Below are positions 50,301-61,556 of a stretch of DNA of 64,000 nt, one piece after another. Position numbers and translations under genes: made by a program. The number at the start of each line of letters is the position of its first letter. Within the stretch, counting starts at the first letter, position 1. The notes beneath the pieces were generated by a model. The model was not told the origin of the DNA. It did not search any database and saw only the letters and a list, made by a program, of their open reading frames with translations. The DNA comes from Paraphysomonas bandaiensis (Eukaryota > Protista > Chrysophyceae). The stretch covers positions 106,194-170,193 of the forward strand of contig CBFFRP010000247.1 of assembly GCA_965644295.1 (NCBI GenBank), in the 5' to 3' direction.

Positions 50301-53300
50301 TGCCACACCGCCGACATCATACATATCATTGTCATAACTTCCAGAGCCATCCAGAACCAGGGATTCCCCATATCGCATAGTCTGTACCGAACCTCCTTCA
50401 ATAACAGCGACTACAGATGACGGCAGAACGCTTACTTTAACGGATGATGAGGTACTAATCTTCGACACATCGTGCATGACATTCAGGACTATAGTATACA
50501 CTTCTCCCACATCGAGAGAATATGGCAATAATTTGAACTTGGACGAATCGGAGTTGGTGTTAATAAGATCGTCCTGTATAGTCCCGTTCTTTTCAACAAA
50601 CCATAAATAAGATAGTCCCCTTTGGGTTTTATCAGCCCCACAGCTCGCCGTATACGCATGCGATGATAACCCAAGCGGATATCGACGATACACATTTCTT
50701 TGAGCCTGACCAACTATAGTCGCAACAGGAACGCTTGTGGCCTTGACAGCAACATTGTGGATTGCAGAACTGCATTTCTGAAGAAAGTTGCACAGTCTAA
50801 TCTCGAAAGCGTATACCTCATTGGCTTTGAGGTACGAACCAGGAAGGGGTGTGGGAGGTGTATATTTGTATACACTACGATAGAAGCGCCTGATGTCAGA
50901 AGCATTCTGAAGAGAATACGAGGAATTGGAAAAACTGAATACATCCACGGAAAAATCGTACCAGCCACGTCCACCCGAACCGCTTGACCCCGAAATATCC
51001 ACAACAAAATCATCGCACTGACCGAGAGTAGATGGCGCGGATATGGACACCGCTGGAGATATGGGGTTTGGAGGAGGCAGTACGACGCATGACTGGGAAC
51101 TAGCTGTTGCCCATCTTGAGCACTCGACTTTACTGGCTCCTGAAGGACACATCGCACGCAGTATGCCTCCTTTCATAGTGACAGAATCACCAACATCTAG
51201 AATAGATGAAGCTGAATGAAGCCACACTCTCGATGAACTTTCCTTCCAGCGACATACAAAGCTAGAAGATCCACTAAAATCAAAAAGTTGTGAGCATTGA
51301 AACTGACTACCAAGTCCACCCATATCTGAGGCAGCATCAAGCACAAGAATCACATAGCTTCCATCATTAGAAAGTGTACAGGTCTGTATATTCGGAGGCA
51401 CCACGGGTACGACAGTGGGACTGAATGTAGGAGAGAATGTAGGAAATTGAGTTGGTGGAATCGTGTCGCCGAGAAGAGTAGGCTTATGTGTTGGTCGTAA
51501 GGTTGGGGTAATAGTGGGATTGTGAGACGGACAGGAGGTAGGAGTGATGCTAGGGTGGCCAGTCGGTACGCAAGTTGGATTTTCTGACGGAACCACAGTA
51601 GGAACGCAGCTTGGAACTAGCGAAGGAGATGAAGTAGGCACCGATGATGGAGTTGACGATGGTTCACTCGTGGGTTGGTGGCTTGGTAGACCACTTGGCA
51701 CCACTGAAGGCAGAAAAGTAGGTTGTCCAGATGGCTCGCCAGTTGGCACTCCAGAAGGTACACAAGTAGGCTCGCTAGATGGTACATAAGAAGGCACTCC
51801 AGAAGGTACACAAGTAGGTCCGCCAGTTGGCTGTCCAGATGGTACACTAGTAGGTTGTCCAGATGGCTCGCCAGTTGGCTCTCCAGAAGGTACACAAGTA
51901 GGCTCGGCAGTTGGATCTGCAGACGGTACACCAGAAGGTTGTCCAGAAGGCTCGCCAGTTGGCTGTCCAGAAGGTACACAAGTAGGCTCGCCAGTTGGAT
52001 CTCCCGAAGGAACACCAGTAGGTTGTCTAGAGGGCTCTCCAGAAGGTACACAAGTAGGCTCGCCAGTTGGCTCTCCAGAAGGTTGTCCAGAGGGCTCGCT
52101 AGTTGGATCTCCCGAAGGTATACCAGTAGGTTGCCTAGAGGGCTCACCAGTTGGCTCTCCAGAAGGTACACAAGTTGGCTGTCCAGATGGTACATTAGTA
52201 GGTTGTCTAGATGGCTCGCCAGTTGGCTGTCCAGATGGTACACAAGTAGGCTCGCCAGATGGCCGTCCAGAAGGTACACATGTAGGTTCACCTGTTGGCT
52301 CTCCAGAAGGTTGTCCAGAGGGCTCGCTAGTTGGATCTCCCGAAGGTATACCAGTAGGTTGCCTAGAGGGCTCACCAGTTGGCTCTCCAGAAGGTACACA
52401 AGTTGGCTGTCCAGATGGTACATTAGTAGGTTGTCCAGATGGCTCGCCAGTTGGCTGTCCAGATGGTACACAAGTAGGCTCGCCAGATGGCCGTCCAGAA
52501 GGTACACATGTAGGTTCACCTGTTGGCTCTACAGACGGTACACCAGAAGGTTGTCCAGAAGGTACACAAGTAGGCTCTCCAGATGGTATACAAGTAGGCT
52601 CGCAAGTTGGCTGTCCAGAAGGTTGACCAGAGGGCTCGCCAGTTGGCTCTCCAGAAGGTACACTAGTAGGCTCACCAGTTGGATGTCCAGAAGGTACATA
52701 AGTAGGTTGTCTGGAAGGCTCTCCAGAAGGTTGTCCAGAAGGTACACTAGTAGGTTGTCCAGAGGGCTCGCCAGTTGGCACTCCAGAAGGTACACAAGTA
52801 GGTTGTCCAGAGGGCTCGCCAGTTGGCACTCCAGAAGGTACACAAGTAGGTTGTCCAGATGGCTGTCCAGAAGGTACACTAGTAGGTTGTCCAGATGGCT
52901 CGCCAGACGGCACACCTGTAGGTTGTCCAGTTGGTTCTCCAGAAGGTACACAAGTAGGTTGTCTAGAGGGCTCGCCAGTTGGTTCTCCAGAAGGTACACA
53001 AGTAGGCTCACTAGTTGGCTCTCCAGAAGGTGCACAAGTAGGCTCGCCAGTTGGCCGTCCAGAAGGTACACCAGTAGGCTCTCCAGAAGGTGCGGCAGAA
53101 GGTTGTACTGAAGGCGCAGCAGTGGGCTGTCCAGATGGTTGGCAAGTAGGCCGCCCAGATGGTTTTACCGAAGGGAGTCCAGAAGGTGAACAAGTAGGTT
53201 GTTCTGAAGGTCGACTGGTGGGGTATCCAGACGGTTTTACCGAAGGGGTCGATGAAGGTGCACTAGTAGGTTGTTCTGAAGGTTGAGTAGTGGGCTGTCC

Positions 53301-55575
53301 AGACGGTTCTCCCGAAGGCAGCGATGAAGGCTGACTAGTAGGCAGCCACGAGGGTTCACAAGTAGGCTGAGCTGACGGTGCCCCTGTAGGCATATATGTC
53401 GGAATTGCCGTTGGACGCAATGATGGTTGATAAGAAGGATGCTCCGAGGGTTGCCCAGACGGTTCTCCCGAAGGGTGGAGACTTGGCGCAGTGGGAATAG
53501 CAGTGGGGGAGATCGTAGGGGCAAACGACGGAGGAGCAGATGGTATTCTGCACTCATGATGAGACGTCTGAGTCAAATAGAAAACTTCCATTCCAGTAAT
53601 ATCACAAAGACCAGGAGGAAAGTCCCCATTCAAATTATTAGAGTCCAACCTGAGTGACCGTATCGAATTTAAATTCGCATAAGACAAAGGAATACTTCCA
53701 GTCAGGTAATTCCCATTCAACTGAAATACTTCCATACGACTGAGCACCCCAAAAGACGAAGGTAGAGTTCCAGATAAAACGTTGTTAGCCGCACTGAGAA
53801 TCCGTAGACTCATCAACGAACTGAGTTCAGTTGGAAGGGGCCCAGAGAGAAGATTATTATAAAGTCGAATAAAATATAAACCTACAATTTCACCCAAAGT
53901 CGATGGAATACCACCAGAAAGCATGTTCGAATCTAATCTCAGATTCGTAAGACCGGACATTAAACCATTCAATGGAGGTATCACTCCACTCAGACGGTTG
54001 TTTCCTAAGTCAATATCAATTAAATTAGTCATATCCACCATCCCCATCGGAATAGTTCCTTGCAAAGAATTATTACCGAAATTAAGTAGACTAAGATTTG
54101 ACAATGAAGTTATGGTATCGGGAACACCACCAGCGAGAATGTTCGATTTGAAATTCAAGGCTGTTAGTTTCGTCAATGACCCTATGGATGATGGCAGCGT
54201 GCCACTCAAACCACGTGAACTCAAATCTATACTGATTATTGACCCATCGTTAAAGCCGAGTCCATCCCATGCCATTCTGTCATCGGTATTGGTGCAACTC
54301 CAGCTCGGGTGAACAATACCCACACTGGTGAAAGTGACCATGTCACACAGAAAGGTCACCTCGGCAGCACTATATGGTGAAATTGTGGGAGAAATTGTCG
54401 GCAAACTAACAGGGAGAGTAGGTAGGACACTGACCTTGGCAATACGATGGCTATACATACTACAAACTAACATGAATGACTCGTCATCAGAAATGTCAAG
54501 GGAAGAAGGGGTTGAAATTGAAGCGCTTGTACCAACACCTTCTATACATGCATCGGCCGTGGTTCCAACGACCCTTGTCACCTGCAGGGTGGCCATATCA
54601 ATGTGTCGAATGGCATGTCCACCTAGGTCAGTCACATATGCCACAGTATCCGATTGGGAAAGGATCACCGATGATGGGGTCGAAAAAGTAGCTGAAGTTC
54701 CCACACCATCCACCGTACCCACCGAACTAGATCCTGCAATGGTAGTAACCATAGATGTTGATAATACCATCTTACGTACACGATTACCCGCAAATTCTGT
54801 TATCAACACAAAAGATTTGTCAGAGGACATGAACATACCAATAGGATTATTAAATTGAGCATTCGTACCAATACCATCGGCATTTCCACCCGTGCCGCCG
54901 CCTGCAACAGTAGTAATCGCATTGTTCGTCAGAAGTAATTTCTGAATTCGATTATTATTTCTGTCGACAATGAGGGCATACGAGTCATCTGCAGATAGTA
55001 CTATACCACTTGGGCTATTGAAACTAGATGCTGCTCCACTGTCCTGCGATCCACCCCCAGAACTGTCAGGATGAAGAGTAGCAACTTGCCGAGGTGATAA
55101 CAGCAATAGTCGTATGTAATGACTATCAAAGTCTGCCACCACTGCGAAGCTATTGTCCGAAGATATCGCTAATCCATATGGTGCCACAAACTGTGCAAGG
55201 GTTCCAACACCATCAGCGTTACCAACGTTTCCATTTCCAGCTAATGTGGTTACTGCCATTGTAGCCATATCGATCTTACGTATACGCTTATATTCACCAA
55301 TCAATGCATATTGATCCGAGGAGTATAACTTCACGGCTGCGGGTCGGATAAACTTTGAGTTTGTCCCAATTGCATCGTAGTATGCCTCTTCGCCGTTTCC
55401 AGCTATAAAAGTGAGCGAATACTGTTGTTGAGATAAGTGACGATGTAACTCAGATATATTATGGCCTAATCAATCATATGATCATTATGTTAGTATGATA
55501 ACACGAACCATTACCTTGAGATGGTTGATATCCCATAACAGCCACGCAGAGGAACAGACACAACTCAGGCAGCAT
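44326..55575 (-). CDS. Very large polycystin-1-like surface receptor: signal peptide, NHL propeller, LRR, P/S/T stalk, REJ, EGF/Cys-rich, GPS-like, multi-TM, Ser-rich tail
   Basis: Exon 1 MLPELCLFLCVAVMG; NHL repeats (TTLAGNG..ADGVGTLAQF..PYGLAI); plant-type LRRs (LxLxxNxLSGxIP); PSGEPT repeats; LVLDGSGSYD, SWSC, WTDSELPLTYSFGY (REJ/PKD-like); CPRNCTGRGIC..CVCDNGFSGDAC (EGF); CEVVGFTETNTTCRC; downstream exons with TM segments. The 3' exon structure is approximate. Confidence 0.8.
51390..53540 (-). repeat. Coding tetrapeptide (12-bp) repeat array PS[G/R][E/Q]/PT[G/C][E/V]
   Basis: About 700 aa of xPSx/xPTx units, including a near-exact internal 76-aa duplication. Confidence 0.92.
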
Positions 55576-56050
55576 ATCAGTGGATGAGCAGAGCACTGGG
55601 ACTGAAGAGGCTGAAGAGTGTCTGATCTGATGAGAGTGTGTATATGTGTGTTTGTTAGTTGTGTTTAACCATCACACTCACTCTTGTTATGTATACATAT
55701 CTCCGCATAGTCACTTAGGAGTGTGTGGAAGCTGTCGTCTCACTTCACTGACAACTTCGTATCAACTCCATGATAGTCTTTTATGGCACTGTGAACAGCT
55801 CGACTATCCTTCATGTCATGTTTGAAAACCTTGAAATTTTTTTGTATTGTATTTGCATGGTCTGCTGCTGTATAAAGATATAAAGAGTGTTGTGTGTAAA
55901 ATTGGGGAAGAACTTCCCCTTGGAGTGTACCTAAAAAAAGTATTGTATATGGTGTAAACTCTACACATATACAGCAGAGTATAGTAAACAAAAAATAAGT
56001 CATCCATACAAAGTTGACAACATTTTAGGCCACTAATATTCAGTGTTCAG

Positions 56051-56195
56051 GGGGTGGTTGTGCATATCGATTTCATCAAAATCATCGTTTTTTCAATGAA
56101 AAGTGAAAAAAAGCGACTTTTTAATGAAAAAACGATGATTTTTCAATGAAATAAACGATGAACAAATCGATGAAATCGATATGCACAACCACCCC
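56051..56195. mobile_element. PIF/Harbinger-type MITE (145 bp)
   Basis: 27-bp perfect TIR ggggtggttgtgcatatcgatttcatc / gatgaaatcgatatgcacaaccacccc with 3-bp TSD CAG on both sides. Confidence 0.85.
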
Positions 56196-56385
56196 CAGAA
56201 TTCAGGTTTGCTTAATAAGCCACCTAAAAAGCCATTTTTGCTCTAAAGTCTTCTGAGCATGAAAAGCTGAAGTTATAGGAGGACAAAAGACAGAAATCAG
56301 ACATAATAGAGTGTTTGCGCATTCGATTTCGTTTGGGGTTCGTTTTTGAGATGTGGGATTCTAAAATCGAAAACTGAAAAAGAAT

Positions 56386-56536
56386 TGTATCGGCATCCTT
56401 TGTATATTTTTGTTCAAAGATGCCTCTAATATTGAGACAACAATTATGTGTGTTCCAGCCGTATTTATACTGCTGTTATAAAGAGAATTTCTGCTTCATT
56501 TTATTACCGAAAAATAAGATGCTGACTGCCTATACG
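56386..56536 (-). mobile_element. ~150 bp MITE-like repeat
   Basis: tgtatcggcatcctttgtatatttttgttc...gctgactgcctatacg, flanked by aat on both sides. Confidence 0.75.
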
Positions 56537-56657
56537 AATGATGGAGTCACATTAGCTTAGGACTCACATATATTATAAAGCATTTATATATATAAACCTT
56601 GTCCAAAATGCAGCGGAGACATGTATTGCGACTGAAGGTTGACATGCAGCTCGAAGA

Positions 56658-57780
56658 GTGGAAGGCAGGAGAGCTATCACATGTTCTATCTTTTTCATTG
56701 TGATTACAATTTTGTCACCCGAAAGAGCAGTCAAGCTAGTCGCATTCATACTTACTTTATTTCATCTGAAGCGCAACCACGATTGCCTTTACGGGCCTGT
56801 AGTACAACCACCAGAATTTGTGCGTGAAAATCGTCGAATCGACCAGTTCGATGCAACGATATTTCGGGAAAATTATAGGTTTCAGCAACAACATGCTTGG
56901 ATGATATTTGACTGCCTAGGCTTTAATATTAATGATGACGTCATATGTGAAAATAGGAGCAGATGTTCAAGTGAGGAGGCATTTTTGATACTGTTAAGTC
57001 GGTTGGCGTCATATAAGAGACTCACTGACATATCCATGCATTTCGGGATTGAGACGACACAGGTCAGTCGAATTCTCAATGCGACAATAGATATTATTGT
57101 TCAGCGCAACCACCACCTTGTGTACAATAACATAGCTTTCTTTGTCCATCGATTCGAAATGTATAATGCCGCGATTCGTCGTAAACTTGGCCCTAACAAC
57201 TCAGCTGCCGTAGAGTAGATACAGCTTTATTTCTTGATGGCAAATCTTTGCAAATCTGCAGACCTGGTGGGCGTGATATAAATCAAGCAAGAATATATAA
57301 TGGTCATCACCGTGTGCACTGTTTGCAATTTCAAGGTGTCAGTGCCCCAGACGGAATGATTGTCGACTTCTTTGGTCCATTACCCAGGGTTAGGCATGAC
57401 CAATACTTAATTGATAAAAGTAAATTCAACGAGAGGTTAGCTGCATATCAACAGAACAACAATTTGCAATACAAATCTTACTCGGATAAAGGTTATATCG
57501 CACAAAGTCATTTGCATGTTGCTTACCGTGGCAGAATCTTACCTCAGCCATTGATTGACGCTAACATAGCTATGTCGGCGCAGCGAATTGGAGTTGAGTA
57601 GTCCTTCGGAAAGATAAGCCAAATCATGGCTTTCGTTGATCAATATAAGGTGCATAAATGTCAAGTAGGCAAAATAGGCAAGGTGTATGTTCTTGCGGCT
57701 AACTAGCTAATTTTCATACTTGTCTTTACTACTCCTTGGCCTCTCAGTACTGGGATTGCTCCACCAACATTGGGTGCTTA
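56658..57780 (+). pseudogene. PIF/Harbinger-superfamily (DDE_Tnp_4-like) transposase, disrupted
   Basis: FRENYRF..SSEEAFLILLSRLA..FG..QVSRI (HTH); FLDGK..QICRP..YNGHHRVHCLQFQGVSAPDGMI..FFGP..RHD; YSDKGY; NIAMSAQRIGVE*SFG. In-frame stops and frameshifts present. Confidence 0.85.
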
Positions 57781-58228
57781 TTGCAATAAGCCCGAGTATG
57801 ATCGCACTTATGTTTAGTGACTAATTAATTATTATATTGAGATGAGGAACATTACTAGTTTCTAGGTATACTTTACTCTATTGCGCAGCAATGTAGGGAT
57901 AGTAAGGTAAAATCATTTACACCGACTTTGACTTAATTTTTACATCAAAATTAAGGGCTACCTAAGACTTATTTAGTTGAACATAATGCTGTGTACTTCA
58001 AAGAAAAAATTCACAATCGTTCACATATTACGGATTATAATTGGTGTCATACAGCAGGACTCAACGAAAATCAAAACAAAACCAAAATCGGTAAGAGCAG
58101 CAGACGTAAACAATTCAATCAAATATATATAAATCAAATAAATATCGAAGTAAACATGTGACCAGGAGGAAGTAAAATAAAGGCCTATGAGGGTCTGGAA
58201 AAAGTACCAACAGCACGCTCTACCAGTT

Positions 58229-58696
58229 CTAGTAGTTGTCTTTCAAATGGTGTAAATCCAAGTTCTGGATGGCGCTCATGTCTCCTTCTACGTTGAGGCC
58301 TTGGCTCTTCAACGTGGTCTCCATCCGGATCTGGAAATCTTTCCACACGACCTCCTCCAAAAGTATTATTTGTCTTTCGGTGCTTTGGCTACAAAACAAA
58401 TTTAGATAAATATAAGACTTATTCAACTTACACTTCGTCCGATGCTTTCCTATTTCCTTCATGGATCTGATTGCATGACTCACGAATGCTGTCCAAGTTC
58501 CTTCAGAGTTCGTTTAGCTCACCACGTAAAAAGCCTCGCCCTCTTCTTCATCCGCTGGTACTTCTTCGGCAGGTGCATACATATACAAACTGTCCCGCAT
58601 TTCAACGCCTAAGATAGAATAATTAAAACGTGTAACCATTCCTGGCTCCCTTTGTCGAATCTCAAGAAGCGAGAGGATTTCATTCTTTGCGCACAA
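58229..58696 (-). pseudogene. Disrupted unknown ORF, possibly the second (accessory) gene of the Harbinger element
   Basis: Two protein-like pieces with an intron-like gtaagt..ttgtag, convergent with the transposase and cut off by the gypsy fragment. Assignment is inference only. Confidence 0.3.
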
Positions 58697-59625
58697 GTAT
58701 GACGATGACCCGTTCTACGTACATGGACCTTCAGGACTTTTGATGCTGACAGACTTATATGATGTGGAACACGAGGATGATGATGCTAAGTGGCCGACGA
58801 CACCTTTACAATGGAGAGCGGAACAGATGAGAGATGAACAGTTAAGGGAATGGGACAAAGAGATAAAAGAAGGAGAAGTTAAAGAAGTAGAAAAAGGTTT
58901 GGTCATAAGCAAGCGCGATATGGGTGAAGGAGTATATGGGATCCATAGACGATGGACACCTGCTGGAAGGACTATATGGCAAAGATGGGTACCTGAGAGG
59001 TTGAAGCGTACATGTATTGAGATCTTTCATGAGGGTCTAGGACATGCAGGAGCAACAAGAGGAGTGAATACCATGGCTCTGCATTACTATGGAGAGAACA
59101 TGAAAGAAGAGTTGGGTGTGCACACTGTAGGACTTGTATATCATGTAAGCTTAGACAGGCATACTACAGGAGACCAAAAGTCCTGAAAATGGAGTATCCT
59201 GAGGTTAAGGAACCCATGGAAAGACTACATATCGACTTGGTAGTGGACCTTCCCGAGACAGATAATGGCAACAAGCATATATTGGTGTGTAAGGATTCTA
59301 AGAGCAAGTTTGTATGGTTATTCCCATTGTTGGCAGATAAGGAAGCTGAAAGTGTAGCGCAAGCTCTAGTGAAAGGAGTGTATAATGCATTTGGAGTACC
59401 AAAGATGGTAGTATCTGATAGAGGAAGAGAGTTCAGAAACCAGTTGGATACGAAGCTAGCTGAGTTGTATAGGATTCACCAAGTATGTACTACACCACAG
59501 AATCCAAGATCTAATGGGTTGGTAGAGAATATGAACAAGACACTGAGGGATCAACTACACCATTACATTAATGCACGACAATCAGATTGGGATGTTTTCT
59601 TGACAACGGTGCAACTGATGTATAT
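58697..59625 (+). pseudogene. Ty3/gypsy integrase fragment (H2C2 zinc domain plus rve core)
   Basis: WVPERLK..FHEGLGHAG..HYY; PMERLHIDLVVDLPET.NGNKHILVCKD..SKFVWLFP..FGVPKMVVSDRGREF..TTPQNPRSNGLVENMNKTL. Frameshifted and truncated. Confidence 0.9.
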
Positions 59626-59934
59626 ATTGAATGTCTGATTATTTAGCAATAGGCGTTGAAAGCCTGCACCAATTAGTGGCTAGAAGAATGCTAGTCATAC
59701 TAGTTAGACTACTACCCGTAACTAATCAATACAAACTCTTTTATCCTACTATTTAACGCTACAGAAGCTGCTTGTGCGTCGCCGCAAGCACCAAGGTGCA
59801 ACCACTTCCGTTCTTAGTGTGTGTTATGAGGCTCGCCATGATCGTGTGTCCTGGGACTCACCGGCGCGTGTGATCTGGAGGTCTCCTCTTGGGACGAGAC
59901 TCCACTCGCTATATGATAGATAGCCTTATGTACC

Positions 59935-61305
59935 TCACGGGGACTGACTTATTAGCCTTATGGCAGTTAGGGGAAACAGTAATATGCCCTTCTGAGATTG
60001 GCGATCTGGTGGCCTTCCTTTAGGCATTGTTCCAAGTGGCTCGGAGGTATGTGGATGAAGGTCTTGCAAAAGGTTATGGCCTACTGTGAAGAAGCGTCGA
60101 AATCGGCTCTTTTGCTGTCTTAGCCAGCGGTAGAGAACACATGCAAGAGGGTGTATAGCTGTACAGGGGTGGGATGTGAGGGTCATCCGGTGTGTCCAGC
60201 TACAGGGAGTCGAGAGGGAGTGTGATGGTGCAAGAGAGGCAACATCTGATTGAGGAGAGTGAGACTGCGCAACAGAACAAGAGTCACTGAGGTCGAGTAC
60301 TCTGATAGACCTATGCACGAGATGATCGTGATGATGATGATGGTCTGGAGGAGACACTCGGACGTCCTCGGCTGCCCTTGTTAGTATCTGTGTTGGTGCA
60401 GGGGGGTACAGGCTGAGGCATAGAGAGTGTGTGGAAGGAAGATGACGGCAAGGTATCAGAGACGAAGGGAGAGGCGATGGTTTGTCTGGGGGTTTTCTAG
60501 GAGGAGGTAGAGTGTACTGTGTGTGTGTATGACAGTGCAGTGGTGTTATGAGTGTGTTGGACAGAGAGAGAGAGCTGGTGATGTGTCCAACAGTACAGGT
60601 AGACAGGTACATGGACATGGTGATGTGTCCAACAGTACAGGTAGACAGGTACATGGACATGGTGATGTGTCCAACAGTACAGGTATACAGGTACATGGAC
60701 ATGGTGATGTGTCCAACAGCAGTAGAGGTATACACGGAATGGTATACATCCTGTAGGACACAGTAGTACAGTAGTCGAGTATACCGTATGCGGAATACAG
60801 TGTCTATCCAATGAGATGGATGGGCTGTGGGGGTGATAGGTGAACAGGGTGAGGGGGTAGCCTGCTGGGTGGATGGACCACAGACAAACCATGCTGGGTT
60901 GGGTTGAGTGGGCGGCAGAAGGCAGCCCTGTTGCACAGTTGAGAGGGATCGAGAGTATTCAGTGATTGCATAGGGGATCCATGGGGGTCGTTTTCGTGAG
61001 CCTGCTCGCACGAGCCATGTTCTGAGAGGTTGTAGCCGTAGAAAGCGATGGGTGAGACGAAGTTGTCTGCTGAGGGGATAGCACATAGGTGCGGTCAGCG
61101 CTGCATTGGTGCAGGCACGTGGTTTAACTGAAGTAGTTGAGTAGGGTGAAGGTTGCAAGGCCAGGCAGGGGGGCTTGGAGCGTGTACAACATGGTGTGAC
61201 AGGTAATTTGTCGGAAGCGTGGTGGTCAACAAAATGCAGCAGTAAGGGAGTGTAAAAGGCCCTGGGCACACTGATGTGACTCAGCCACGGTCTCAATAGA
61301 GACAT
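59935..61305 (-). other. 456 aa low-complexity ORF, probably retroelement-associated
   Basis: P/T/H/L-rich with PPRKPPD and GRPPD motifs, embedded among gypsy fragments. No domain recognised. Confidence 0.3.
60576..60722. repeat. 42-bp tandem repeat, ~3.5 copies
   Basis: tggtgatgtgtccaacagtacaggtagacaggtacatggaca starting at 60576, 60618, 60660 and 60702. Confidence 0.9.
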
Positions 61306-61336
61306 TGGGCTTGGAGCTGGTTAATAGGGTGAAACT

Positions 61337-61556
61337 TTATATGATGTGGAACACGAGGATGATGATGCTAAGTGGCCGACGACACCTTTACAATGGAGAG
61401 CGGAACAGATGAGAGATGAACAGTTAAGGGAATGGGACAAAGAGATAAAAGAAGGAGAAGTTAAAGAAGTAGAAAAAGGTTTGGTCATAAGCAAGCGCGA
61501 TATGGGTGAAGGAGTATATGGGATCCATAGACGATGGACACCTGCTGGAAGGACTA
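61337..61556 (+). repeat. 220-bp direct duplicate of 58755-58974
   Basis: ttatatgatgtggaacacgagg...cctgctggaaggacta appears identical in both places. Confidence 0.92.

Noticed and set aside
51617-53111. 300-462 aa ORFs in alternative frames (SRRYTSRL / LLVYLLES repeats)
   Set aside because: Shadow frames of the 12-bp coding repeat of the large receptor gene.
60576-60722. 42-bp repeats as a CRISPR array
   Set aside because: Head-to-tail tandem copies with no spacers.
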